Source: Candidatus Microgenomates bacterium (GTDB lineage: Bacteria; Patescibacteriota; Microgenomatia; UBA8517). From it: 64,000 nt of DNA. The stretch spans positions 391,009 through 455,008 of the forward strand of contig JBEKNE010000001.1 in the NCBI GenBank assembly GCA_049523135.1, in the 5' to 3' direction. This document shows, in pieces, positions 19,569-29,116 of this stretch. How positions within the stretch are numbered: position 1 is the stretch's first letter; every line of letters begins with the position of its first letter. The position numbers and the translations under genes are program-made. The notes under the pieces are model-generated. The model searched no databases. It saw nothing but the letters and a program-made list of their open reading frames with translations, and had not been told where the DNA came from.

Positions 19569-20463
19569 TTTGCACGAATCAGTACTGATAGAAGAAGTGA
19601 TTGAGGCTTTGCACATTGAAAAAGATCATAAATATGTAGATGCAACTCTAGGTAACGGAGGGCACGCTTTGGAAATTTTAAGAAGAGGGGGAAGTGTACT
19701 GGGAATTGATCTGGATCCAAAGATGCTTGAAATTACTGAAGAACGTCTCAAGGAAGCCGGAGAAAAGAATTTCAGATTGGCTAACGGCAACTTTACTGAG
19801 ATTGGGAAATTTGTTACCGAAAACGATTGGGACAATGTAGACGGAATTCTTTTTGACCTGGGAGTCACAAACTTGCACTTAAAGGATTTACAAAGAGGTT
19901 TTTCTTTTGAAAATCCCGACGCACTCCTTGATATGAGAATAAATCCGGATTCTCAAGGTGTGAAAGGGTCGGATCTGTTAAATGTATTAAGGGAAGACCA
20001 ACTTGAAGACCTTTTTGAGGTAACGCTTGAACCGGGAGCTGCAAAATGGATTAGCGGGCGAGTAATACACTCAAGAGCGGAAAAACCGATTTCGGTAGTT
20101 GGAGATCTGCTGGAGATTTCGAGAGGTTTAAAAACGGGAAAAATCGGGTTAAACGAAGCAACTTTACCTTTTTTGGCTCTGAGAATTGCGGTCAACAGCG
20201 AACTGACCAATTTAGAAGAAGTATTACCAAAAGCTTTCGATTTATTAAATAAGAAAGGAAGGCTTGTGGTAATAAGTTTTCATTCAAGAGAGGATGCAAT
20301 AGTTAAAAATTTTTTCAAAGAGAAGGCGTTGGAGGGAGCCAGAATAATAACATTTAGGCCAATTAAAGCGGGGAACAAAGAAATGGATATAAATAAAAGG
20401 GCAAGAAGCGCAAAGATGCGGGTCTTGGAAAAAGTTTATGAAAAACCTAATCAGAAAGAATAA
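19558..20463 (+). CDS. rsmH: 16S rRNA (cytosine1402-N4)-methyltransferase RsmH
   Basis: LHESVLIEEVIEAL...YVDATLGNGGHALEIL SAM-binding N-terminus. Confidence 0.85.
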   Translation: MEGNLHESVLIEEVIEALHIEKDHKYVDATLGNGGHALEILRRGGSVLGIDLDPKMLEITEERLKEAGEKNFRLANGNFTEIGKFVTENDWDNVDGILFDLGVTNLHLKDLQRGFSFENPDALLDMRINPDSQGVKGSDLLNVLREDQLEDLFEVTLEPGAAKWISGRVIHSRAEKPISVVGDLLEISRGLKTGKIGLNEATLPFLALRIAVNSELTNLEEVLPKAFDLLNKKGRLVVISFHSREDAIVKNFFKEKALEGARIITFRPIKAGNKEMDINKRARSAKMRVLEKVYEKPNQKE

Positions 20464-20764
20464 AAATATAAAAAATAATAGTACTTCTTTGGGAATTAAG
20501 AAGTATATTTTAATTGGTGTTTGCGGAATTTTGGCAATTTCATCAATTTTTATGACATTGGAAACTGCAACTTCGAGTGTTGAAGTTGCAAGTTTAATGA
20601 CAAAAGAAAATGATTTATCCTCCCAAAAGAGAGATTTGGAGGACACCTTGGTAAAGTCGCTTTCCGTTAATTCACTTCAACAAGAAAGCAGCGGACTCGG
20701 GTTCGAAAAGCCGACAGTTCTCGTTTATGCTGATGAATCTCAGCCGGTTGCAAAACTTCCTTAG
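20438..20764 (+). CDS. ftsL: FtsL-like cell-division protein (small bitopic)
   Basis: 108 aa, single TM then coiled region. Position between rsmH and ftsI. Confidence 0.4.
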   Translation: MKNLIRKNKNIKNNSTSLGIKKYILIGVCGILAISSIFMTLETATSSVEVASLMTKENDLSSQKRDLEDTLVKSLSVNSLQQESSGLGFEKPTVLVYADESQPVAKLP

Positions 20765-20770
20765 TTAAAA

Positions 20771-22486
20771 ATGCCCACAAAGATACGTATACTTACGGCA
20801 ATTTTTTTAATATTGTTTTTGGCTTTGATAGTTAGACTGTTTTATTGGCAGGTGATTATGGGAAGTGATCTTTCGAGTCAAGCCAAGAATCAGTATGCCG
20901 CCTCGACGGTTACATCAGCTCCCCGCGGGAATATTTTAGCTTCAGACGGTACCCCATGGGTTGCAAGGACCCAAGCGTGGCAAATTTATGTAAATCCTCA
21001 TCAAATTACGGATACTCCGGTAAGTATTGCGGCGAAACTTGCTCCTTTACTGGTGGTTGATCCGACTGATAAGACAGCACTTTTGACGGAGGAAGAGCAA
21101 ATTCAAGGTCTTTTGTCTAAGGATGCCAACTGGGTTTCGATTCAGTCTAAAGTTTCCGACAGCGTTAAGAAAAATATTGAGGCTTTGGGAATTCAGGGGA
21201 TCGGGTTTGATAGCCAAGAAGCTTCCTATTACCCCGAAGCCTCTTCTGCGGCTCAGCTTTTGGGTTTTGTCGGAAAAGATGCCGACGGGAACGACATTGG
21301 ATATTTTGGGCTCGAGGGATATTACAATCTGCCCCTAATGGGTAAGCCCGGTTTTGTCGGAGGGGAAAAAGATGCTTTGGGTTCGCCGATTCTTCTTAGT
21401 GGAGGAACACAGATTTCTGCCGTTTCGGGAGTGGACCTTAATACAAATATCGATAAAAGAATACAGAACGTGATTGAAACAGAACTTGCAAACGGTATTC
21501 AGAAATACGGAGCGTCCGGAGGAAGCGTAACAATAATGGATCCAAAAACCGGTAGGGTTTTGGCAATGACAAGTTTACCGTCTTTTGATCCTGCAAATTA
21601 TTCTCAATATAGTGACTCTCTATTCAAAAACCCTGTAATTACCGATACATTTGAGCCGGGGTCCATATTTAAGCCCATTATAATGGTATCGGCTCTTGAT
21701 GCCGGACTGGTAACCCCAGATACGGAGTGTGATATTTGCAACGGTCCGCTCAAGGTTGATAAATATTTAATAGAGACTTGGAATAATGTTTATCATCCGG
21801 GCAGTTCCATGACGGATGTTATTGTCAACTCGGACAATGTAGGGATGTCGTTTGTTGGCCAGAAATTGGGAGCAGACAATCTCTATGACTACCTGACTAA
21901 ATTCGGAATAGGACAAAAAACAGGAATTGACCTGCAGGGTGAAGTAGCCCCGAAACTTAGAGATAAAGGAACCTGGAGTGACGTTGATCTGGCTACGGCA
22001 AGTTTTGGTCAAGGAGTTGCCGTCACGGGTATTGAGATGGTACGGGCGGTTTCCGCAATTGCCAATGGGGGTTATCTTGTTACACCGCGGGTTGTAGATT
22101 CCGTGAGCGGTGACGGCTGGCAAGAGGAGGTAAAGACCGATACCCCAATAAGAATTATAAGCCAGCAGGCGGCTCAGGAGACTACACAAATGATGGTTGA
22201 TGCAGCCAACTACGGTGAAGCTAAATGGTGCAGAATCCCCGGTTTTAGTGTTGCCGGCAAAACCGGAACTGCCCAGATTCCCGTTGCGGGGCATTACGAC
22301 CCGACCAATACAAACCACTCTTTTATTGGTTTTGCTCCGGCAAATAATCCTAAATTTGTCATGCTTGTAACTTTAAAATCCCCCACATCTTCTCAGTGGG
22401 CGGCTGAAACAGCAGCCCCCCTTTGGTATGCAATTGCTAAGGATCTGTTTCCGTATATGGGTGTTGAGCCCGACAGCAGTTTTTGA
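20771..22486 (+). CDS. ftsI: Peptidoglycan D,D-transpeptidase (class B PBP, FtsI)
   Basis: N-terminal TM. Transpeptidase motifs in the SVTIMDPKTGRVLAMTSLPSFDPANY region. SxN- and KTG-type motifs (KTGTA). Confidence 0.8.
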   Translation: MPTKIRILTAIFLILFLALIVRLFYWQVIMGSDLSSQAKNQYAASTVTSAPRGNILASDGTPWVARTQAWQIYVNPHQITDTPVSIAAKLAPLLVVDPTDKTALLTEEEQIQGLLSKDANWVSIQSKVSDSVKKNIEALGIQGIGFDSQEASYYPEASSAAQLLGFVGKDADGNDIGYFGLEGYYNLPLMGKPGFVGGEKDALGSPILLSGGTQISAVSGVDLNTNIDKRIQNVIETELANGIQKYGASGGSVTIMDPKTGRVLAMTSLPSFDPANYSQYSDSLFKNPVITDTFEPGSIFKPIIMVSALDAGLVTPDTECDICNGPLKVDKYLIETWNNVYHPGSSMTDVIVNSDNVGMSFVGQKLGADNLYDYLTKFGIGQKTGIDLQGEVAPKLRDKGTWSDVDLATASFGQGVAVTGIEMVRAVSAIANGGYLVTPRVVDSVSGDGWQEEVKTDTPIRIISQQAAQETTQMMVDAANYGEAKWCRIPGFSVAGKTGTAQIPVAGHYDPTNTNHSFIGFAPANNPKFVMLVTLKSPTSSQWAAETAAPLWYAIAKDLFPYMGVEPDSSF

Positions 22487-22504
22487 TAATTATCTAGTTA
22501 AAAA

Positions 22505-22513
22505 TGGTACAAT
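22505..22513 (+). promoter_or_regulatory. Extended -10 TGgTACAAT, 9 nt upstream of the murA ATG
   Basis: aaaaTGgTACAATaacaatcagATG. Confidence 0.35.
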
Positions 22514-22522
22514 AACAATCAG

Positions 22523-23788
22523 ATGTCAAAATTTATTATCACGGGAGGGAAAAAGCTTGAGGGCAAAATTAGCCTTTCAGGTAATAAAAACTCAGCCTTG
22601 AAGCTGATCCCCGCAGCACTTTTGGCCGATTCTCCTTCAATTTTAACAAATGTACCCGATATTTCCGATGTTTCCGTAATGCTTGAACTCATTAGTAGGC
22701 TTGGAGTCAAAGTTCAGTATAAAGACCACACGGTTACAATTGATCCCAGAGGTTTAAATTCATTTGACCTTGATCCTGACTTGTCGGCAAAGTTCAGAGC
22801 CTCGGTGGTTTTAGCAGCACCCTTACTTGTTAAATTCGGTAAAGCTATAGTTACGCCGCCGGGAGGGGATCAAATTGGTGAACGTTTACTTGATACTCAT
22901 TTTGCCATGATGCAGAAAATGGGAGTTGAGATTAGACGGGAAGACGGCAGATATTTTTTGGATTGGAAAAAGCGCAAATCTACGGATATTTTTCTTGATG
23001 AGCCTTCAGTGACAGCAACGGAAATGGGACTTATGATGGCTGCCTCAATGCCTTCGAAAATGAAGATTGACGATGCGGCTACGGAACCTCATGTAACTGA
23101 TTTGGCAAATTTTTTGACCAAAATGGGAGCAAAAATAGACGGAATAGGATCAAATGTTTTGACTATTTCCGGCGGAAAACTTAGCGGTACCGAGCATAGA
23201 GTTTGCCCGGACCATATCGAGGGCGGCACTTTTGCAATCGCTGCGTCCATAACAGGGGGAAAAGTTGAAATAGAAGATTTTAAAGCTAAAGAGTGCCCGA
23301 TGATTCTAAATTATCTTTCATATATGGGTGTTAATTTTAAGGCTTCGGAAAATTCACTGACGGTTTTGCCTTCAAAATTGGTTGCCTCAAGGCCGAAGTT
23401 TCAAACAAGACCGTGGCCGGGTTTTCCGACCGACCTAATGAGTCCTTTTATTGTCCTGGCTACACAAACCCAAGGAACCGTTCTCTGCCATGATTGGATG
23501 TATGAGTGGAGAATGTTTTTTGTCGATGATTTGATTTCGATGGGAGCAAAAATATTTATTGCCGACCCTCACAGGGTTATAGTCAGCGGTCCGACACCGC
23601 TTCTGAGCGACAGGCTTTTCTGCAAGGATATAAGAGCCGGAATTTCCGTGATCTTGGCGGCACTTGTTGCGCAAGGCAGAAGTGAGATTGAAAATGTTGA
23701 GGTTGTAGCCAGGGGATATGAGAATATTGATGAAAGATTGAAATCTCTGGGGGCAGAGATTGTCCGTATAGATGATACTAAAAAATAA
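22523..23788 (+). CDS. murA: UDP-N-acetylglucosamine 1-carboxyvinyltransferase
   Basis: MSKFIITGGKKLEGKISLSGNKNSALKLIPAALLADSP is the canonical MurA start. Confidence 0.85.
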   Translation: MSKFIITGGKKLEGKISLSGNKNSALKLIPAALLADSPSILTNVPDISDVSVMLELISRLGVKVQYKDHTVTIDPRGLNSFDLDPDLSAKFRASVVLAAPLLVKFGKAIVTPPGGDQIGERLLDTHFAMMQKMGVEIRREDGRYFLDWKKRKSTDIFLDEPSVTATEMGLMMAASMPSKMKIDDAATEPHVTDLANFLTKMGAKIDGIGSNVLTISGGKLSGTEHRVCPDHIEGGTFAIAASITGGKVEIEDFKAKECPMILNYLSYMGVNFKASENSLTVLPSKLVASRPKFQTRPWPGFPTDLMSPFIVLATQTQGTVLCHDWMYEWRMFFVDDLISMGAKIFIADPHRVIVSGPTPLLSDRLFCKDIRAGISVILAALVAQGRSEIENVEVVARGYENIDERLKSLGAEIVRIDDTKK

Positions 23789-24785
23789 ATATAGACAAAA
23801 GATAGTTACTTTTGGCGGAAAAACAGGCCATTTTCAGCTTCTCAACGGTCTTAAAAAATATAATGATACCTCTCTAATTACCGCTGTTGTCGGAACGTGG
23901 GATAGCGGTGGCAACTCAGGAGTTTTAAGAAGCGAATTGGGAGTTCTTCCTCCGGGGGATATCAGAGCCTGTCTTTTGGCTTTAATGGAAGATGAGGAAC
24001 AACAGCGTATTGCTCAGAGGCTTTTTGATGACAGGTTAAAAGAAGTTGCGGGACCTCTTAAAGGCAATTCTATAGGAAATTTAATCGGTGTCAGGCTTGA
24101 TCATATTTTTCACGGACAGGACAGAGGAACCGATGCCGAAAGATCACTTTTTAGAATTAGGGCGCAGGTTTTACCCGCCACGATGACTGATTTAAATTTG
24201 ATTGGCCATACGTTAAAAGGAATTGAAATAGATGGAGAGGGCAATATTGACTGCAGAAGAGAAAGAAATGATTTTGACCCCAAGGACAGAATAGTAAGGA
24301 TATTTTTTACAACTCATGCGGACACAAACCCCAGGGTAATTAAAGCCATTAAAAGTGCAGATAAGATAGTTTTTGCTCCCGGAGATCTTTTTACAAGTAT
24401 TTTGCCGCATCTTTTGGTGGACGGTGTGGCTGAAGCTATTCAGAAATCAAAGGCTAAGGTTTATTTTATTATGAATCTGACTACAAAGAGCGGAGAAACC
24501 GACAGTTTTAAAGCCTCCGATTACATAAAAAATTTTGTATATTATTTAGGAAATAAAAATAGACTTAATTTTATTATTGCCAATAAAGGTGTTTTTGATA
24601 AAGAAGTTGTAAAACTTTATGAAGGCGAAGGTAAAGAGGCTGTAAAAATCGATGAAAAGGAATGTAAAAAGATAGCTCCCAAAGCTAAAATTATCAGACA
24701 AAAATTGGGGGAGTATCTAAAAAAGGACCACCTTCTGAGGCATAACCCCGAGGCTCTTGCTCTTAGTATTCTTAGGAGTTCCTGA
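23772..24785 (+). CDS. yvcK: YvcK/GlmR (CofD-like, UPF0052) family protein
   Basis: FGGKTGHFQLLNGL...VVGTWDSGGNSGVLRSELGVLPPGDIR matches YvcK motifs. Confidence 0.7.
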   Translation: MILKNKYRQKIVTFGGKTGHFQLLNGLKKYNDTSLITAVVGTWDSGGNSGVLRSELGVLPPGDIRACLLALMEDEEQQRIAQRLFDDRLKEVAGPLKGNSIGNLIGVRLDHIFHGQDRGTDAERSLFRIRAQVLPATMTDLNLIGHTLKGIEIDGEGNIDCRRERNDFDPKDRIVRIFFTTHADTNPRVIKAIKSADKIVFAPGDLFTSILPHLLVDGVAEAIQKSKAKVYFIMNLTTKSGETDSFKASDYIKNFVYYLGNKNRLNFIIANKGVFDKEVVKLYEGEGKEAVKIDEKECKKIAPKAKIIRQKLGEYLKKDHLLRHNPEALALSILRSS

Positions 24786-24809
24786 TTGGAGGCCAAAACC
24801 TCGTTCCTT

Positions 24810-24818
24810 TGGTATAAT
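24810..24818 (+). promoter_or_regulatory. Extended -10 TGgTATAAT, 6 nt upstream of the murE::glmU ATG
   Basis: ttTGgTATAATacaagtATG within the 39-nt yvcK-murE gap. Confidence 0.45.
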
Positions 24819-24824
24819 ACAAGT

Positions 24825-26846
24825 ATGACTAAGGCTATTAATAAACTTTTGAGAGGTGCAAAAGGTATAACCGATGATTCTAGAAAAGTTGAAGAAGGGT
24901 TTATTTTTGTGGCTGTTAAAGGCAACGTGTCCGACGGTCACGACTATATAAACGAGGCAGTCCATAGAGGAGCAAGAGCGGTTGTGGGGGAAAAAGCCGT
25001 AAAGGGACTGCCTGTTGCCTATTATAAAGTTACCGATTCCAGGCAAGCCTTGGGGGAATTGGCTTCGGAATATTACGGTAATCCATCCGGTAAGCTCAAG
25101 ATAGTTGGTGTTACCGGAACAAAGGGTAAAACCACAACCTGCTACCTTATTCACCATATCTTGACTAAGCTTGGCAGAAAAACCGGATTGATAACTTCGA
25201 TAGCTGCCAAGATAGGGGATACGGAAATTGATACCGGATTCCACGTCACAAGCCCGGACGTTATATCGCTTCATAAACTTTTGTCTGAAATGGTAAACGC
25301 GGGATCGGAATATGTGGTTATCGAAGTCAGTTCACACGGAATTGATCAGAAAAGAATAGCCGGAGTGAAATTTGATGTCGGAGTTTTGACCAACATTGCA
25401 CCGGAACATTTGGATTACCACAAGACTTTTACCGAATATAAAAGAGTTAAAATGTCTTTTATAAATTCTTGTAAGAATAAGGTTATTGCCCCGAGCGATA
25501 CAAATTTGGAACTGCTGCCCGGAAAATTTAATAATTTGGATGCCGAAGCTGCAATTATGGCTGTTAGCTTTTTCGGAATCGATAGGAAAGAGGCAATCGA
25601 GTCAATAAAGTCATTTAAGCTTCCGGAAGGCAGACTTAGTGAGATAAATAATAACTTGGGGATAAAAATTATAGTTGATTTTGCTCATACTCCGGAATCC
25701 CTTGAGGCGGTTCTTTCTTATTTAAAAGGTATTACAGAAGGAAAGTTAATATCTGTCTTTGGTTGTGCGGGGGAAAGGGATCCGAGAAAAAGATTTAAGA
25801 TGGGTAAAATTTCTTCAAAATTGAGCGACATCTCTATTTTTACTGCGGAAGATCCGAGAAGCGAAAATATTTTCAAGATTTTGTCAAAAATGGCAAGCGG
25901 TGCCCGATCTGCCGGAGGGAAAGAAGACGAAGATTTCTTTAGAATCGCCGAAAGAGGCGAAGCTATCGCTTATGCGCTTTCAATTTGTAGAAGAGGAGAT
26001 ACGGTTGTGGTTTTGGGAAAAGGACACGAAAAGAGTATGGCTTATGGAGGATATGAGCATCCTTGGAATGATGTAGAGGAAATCGAAAACTATTTAAATA
26101 GAAAGAAGAATATTTCGGCCATAATTTTAGCTGCAGGAAAAGGAACAAGGATGAAGTCAGATCTGCCCAAAGTTCTTCATCCTATTTGTGGGCGTCCGAT
26201 GATTGCTTATTCTTTACAAAATTTGAGAAGGGCAAAAATCGGAGAGATTGTCACAGTGGTTTCTTACCGAAAGAATATTGTTGTGAAGGAAATTGGAGGG
26301 GAAGTCAAGATTGCATTCCAGAAAAATTCCAGGGGTGGAACCGCTGATGCAATAAATGCGGGAGTCAGATTTGTTTCCGAAGGAATAGGAACAGTGGTCG
26401 TTATGTATGGAGACGATACCGCTTTTTATTCTCCAGGGACGATAAATAAAGTTATTGATTACCACAAGAGAACAAATGCAACATTAACATTTGTAACCCT
26501 GCTTAAGGATAATCCTTCGGGCTTAGGAAGGATCGTCAGGGGAACAAATGGAGATTTGGTAGCAATAGTTGAAGAAAAGGATACAACGCCCGATGAGAAG
26601 AGAATAAAAGAGATAAATGACGGAATGTATATTTTTGATAAAGAATTTCTAATGAAAAATATACCAAATGTTAAAAAGAATCCAATAACAGGGGAGTTGT
26701 ATGTTAACGAAGTAATAAAAATGGCAATAGATCAGAAAAAGAAAATCTCTATTTATAGATTACCGGATGCTCTTGAGTGGCAGGGAGTTAATACCCCCGA
26801 GGAGCTTGAAAATGCGAGAAAGATAATGGAGGAAAAATTGAAATGA
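24825..26846 (+). CDS. murE: Fusion protein: UDP-MurNAc-tripeptide ligase MurE domain plus C-terminal GlmU-type sugar-1-phosphate uridylyltransferase domain (no acetyltransferase LbH domain)
   Basis: MurE: VGVTGTKGKTTT P-loop and LGKGHE C-motif. At about residue 435 it continues without a stop into ISAIILAAGKGTRMKSDLPKVLHPICGRPM..., near-identical to the GlmU N-terminal motif. Confidence 0.75.
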   Translation: MTKAINKLLRGAKGITDDSRKVEEGFIFVAVKGNVSDGHDYINEAVHRGARAVVGEKAVKGLPVAYYKVTDSRQALGELASEYYGNPSGKLKIVGVTGTKGKTTTCYLIHHILTKLGRKTGLITSIAAKIGDTEIDTGFHVTSPDVISLHKLLSEMVNAGSEYVVIEVSSHGIDQKRIAGVKFDVGVLTNIAPEHLDYHKTFTEYKRVKMSFINSCKNKVIAPSDTNLELLPGKFNNLDAEAAIMAVSFFGIDRKEAIESIKSFKLPEGRLSEINNNLGIKIIVDFAHTPESLEAVLSYLKGITEGKLISVFGCAGERDPRKRFKMGKISSKLSDISIFTAEDPRSENIFKILSKMASGARSAGGKEDEDFFRIAERGEAIAYALSICRRGDTVVVLGKGHEKSMAYGGYEHPWNDVEEIENYLNRKKNISAIILAAGKGTRMKSDLPKVLHPICGRPMIAYSLQNLRRAKIGEIVTVVSYRKNIVVKEIGGEVKIAFQKNSRGGTADAINAGVRFVSEGIGTVVVMYGDDTAFYSPGTINKVIDYHKRTNATLTFVTLLKDNPSGLGRIVRGTNGDLVAIVEEKDTTPDEKRIKEINDGMYIFDKEFLMKNIPNVKKNPITGELYVNEVIKMAIDQKKKISIYRLPDALEWQGVNTPEELENARKIMEEKLK

Positions 26847-28114
26847 AAGTTCACATGATGGGAATTGGCGGGAGCGGTATGTCAGGCGTTGCCAATTTAG
26901 CTTCAGAGATGGGTTATGAGGTGACCGGTTGTGATTTGGAAAGCCAAACTGCATATCAGAAGAATATATTCAAAGGCCACTCGCCTGAACATCTAAAAGG
27001 AATCGATCTTCTTGTTGTTACCCCTGCTGTTTATTATCAGAACAAGAAAAATGCGGAACTTATTGAAGGAGAAAAGAGGGGAATTGCCACAACTTGGGAA
27101 AAGTTTGTTGGTAATTATCTTGCTGTTGGCAAAAAGATGATTTGTATAGCAGGTACACACGGTAAGTCTACAACAACCGCAATGGCAGGGAGTCTTCTAA
27201 CCGATGCCGACCTTGATCCCCTTGTTGTCGTTGGAGCGAATGTGCCGTGGTGGAACGGAAACTCCAGATTTGGCAAAGGTGAATATTTTGTTGTCGAGGC
27301 AGACGAATTTAATAATAATTTTTTAAATTACTCACCTGAAATAATAATTTTAAATAATATTGAATTTGACCATCCGGATTTTTTCAAAGATGAGAAAGCG
27401 GTTTTTGAAAGTTTTAAGAAATTTATTGACTGTTTAACAGGAATGAAGATTTTGATTGTTAATAAAGATTCTCCGGGTGTCCAGAAGCTTTTAGGAATGA
27501 TAGATAAAAGTGATCTGGAAATAATCGAGTATTCTCCGGATAATGACAAATTGGGTTTTGATTTGTCTCTTCCTGGTAAACACAATATAGCAAACGCACT
27601 TGGAGTTGTTGCTTTAGGAAAACTCCTTGATATAAACGAAAGAATTATTAATAAATCTTTATCATCCTTTCCCGGAATCGGGAGAAGAATGGAGTTGATT
27701 GCGGATAAACATGGAATAAAAGTTTATGATGATTACGCTCACCACCCGACGGCTATTGCGGCAACCCTTCAGGCACTTCGCGAAAAATATCCGGCAAATC
27801 GAATTTTGGCAATCGACGAACCCCATGGTTTTGCCAGAACTAAAGCACTTTTGTCTTTATATAAAGATGCTTTCAAGGATGCCGACAAGTTAATGATAGG
27901 ACCAATTTTCAAAGCAAGAGATAGTGAAACTTTTGGTATGACACCTCAGATAGTTGCTGAAAAGGCACAAAATTCCGATTCAGTTGGTTATGATTCATTC
28001 GAAAAAATTAAATCAATATTACAAAAAGATATTAGGCCAAGCGATATAATCTTGGTTATGGGAGCCGGAAAAAGTTATTTGTGGGCGAGAGAGATTTCAA
28101 AATTAATTAAATGA
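26843..28114 (+). CDS. murC: UDP-N-acetylmuramate--L-alanine ligase
   Basis: MKVHMMGIGGSGMSGVANL and GTHGKSTTTAM. Confidence 0.85.
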   Translation: MKVHMMGIGGSGMSGVANLASEMGYEVTGCDLESQTAYQKNIFKGHSPEHLKGIDLLVVTPAVYYQNKKNAELIEGEKRGIATTWEKFVGNYLAVGKKMICIAGTHGKSTTTAMAGSLLTDADLDPLVVVGANVPWWNGNSRFGKGEYFVVEADEFNNNFLNYSPEIIILNNIEFDHPDFFKDEKAVFESFKKFIDCLTGMKILIVNKDSPGVQKLLGMIDKSDLEIIEYSPDNDKLGFDLSLPGKHNIANALGVVALGKLLDINERIINKSLSSFPGIGRRMELIADKHGIKVYDDYAHHPTAIAATLQALREKYPANRILAIDEPHGFARTKALLSLYKDAFKDADKLMIGPIFKARDSETFGMTPQIVAEKAQNSDSVGYDSFEKIKSILQKDIRPSDIILVMGAGKSYLWAREISKLIK

Positions 28115-29112
28115 AAAAAATAACACAAAATAGTTTTAGAGATATTACCACGTTCCATTTAGGGGGAGAGATTGGATTTTATGTAGAAGTGGAAAATGCT
28201 GATGAAGTTAAATGGGCTATCAAAGAGGCTAAAAAAAGAAAATTAAAGATTTTTGTTCTCGGTGATGGTAGCGATGTTTTGGCATCGGATATGAATTTTG
28301 ATGATTTTGTTGTTAAGTACATTGGGAAAAAATATCATATTGATGATAATTGTATAACTGCAGAAGCCGGGATGAAGTGGGACGATTTAGTCGATTTATC
28401 GGTTGAAAATAATCTTCAAGGAATTGAGTGTCTATCTGGAATCCCCGGAACAGTGGGTGCTTCCCCGGTTCAAAATATCGGGGCTTATGGTCAGGAAATA
28501 GCTGATACATTTGTTAGCCTTACGGCTTATGACATTGAGAATGAAAAGTCCGTAACGTTTAATAAAGAAGATTGTAGGTTTGGGTATAGGGAAAGTATTT
28601 TTAAGGAAAAGTCACATTGGCAAAAATACATTATTGTTGATGTTACATTAAAATTTAACAAAAATGCCAAACTGAAGATTAATTACGAATCACTAAAAGG
28701 ATATGTCAAAGAAAACCCGACGCTAATTGATGTTCGTAATGCAGTTTTAGAAGTTAGAAAAACGAAGCTGGAGGATCCAAATAAAGTTGGTAATGCCGGC
28801 TCATTTTTTAAAAATCCGACAATTGATATCGAGCAAAAAGAAAAGCTGCAAAGTAAATACTCTGATATAAAGATCTTTCCTTTTGAAAATAAATTCAAAG
28901 TTTCAGCCGCATGGTTAATTGAGAAAGCCGGATGGAAAGGAAAAACGCATAAAGGTGTCGGCGTATCTCCCAAACACGCTTTAATTTTGATTAATGCAAG
29001 CGGAAAAGCAAAAGCCGAAGATGTCCTGGAACTTTCGGAAATGATTACTACCGATATTTACAAAAAGTTTGGAATTAAGTTGGAGAGGGAGGTACAGTTA
29101 ATTAATTTTTAA
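28111..29112 (+). CDS. murB: UDP-N-acetylenolpyruvoylglucosamine reductase
   Basis: FAD-binding FHLGGEIGFYVEV...IFVLGDGSDVL. C-terminal MurB domain. Confidence 0.8.
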   Translation: MKKITQNSFRDITTFHLGGEIGFYVEVENADEVKWAIKEAKKRKLKIFVLGDGSDVLASDMNFDDFVVKYIGKKYHIDDNCITAEAGMKWDDLVDLSVENNLQGIECLSGIPGTVGASPVQNIGAYGQEIADTFVSLTAYDIENEKSVTFNKEDCRFGYRESIFKEKSHWQKYIIVDVTLKFNKNAKLKINYESLKGYVKENPTLIDVRNAVLEVRKTKLEDPNKVGNAGSFFKNPTIDIEQKEKLQSKYSDIKIFPFENKFKVSAAWLIEKAGWKGKTHKGVGVSPKHALILINASGKAKAEDVLELSEMITTDIYKKFGIKLEREVQLINF

Positions 29113-29116
29113 AATT

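Noticed and set aside
21767-22318. 183-aa antisense ORF inside ftsI. Other long antisense or alternate-frame ORFs were also seen, e.g. 3285-3575(-), 37844-38671(-), 38959-39453(-), 41324-41869(-), 61598-61945(-).
   Set aside because: All are fully embedded in genes with strong family signatures on the other strand or frame. The typical composition bias of AT-rich genomes generates such shadow ORFs.
24786-24824. TTG start at 24786 for the murE fusion (as in the ORF track)
   Set aside because: The ATG at 24825 is preceded by a consensus extended -10 located in this stretch. The TTG extension adds 13 non-conserved residues and would begin 1 nt after the yvcK stop.
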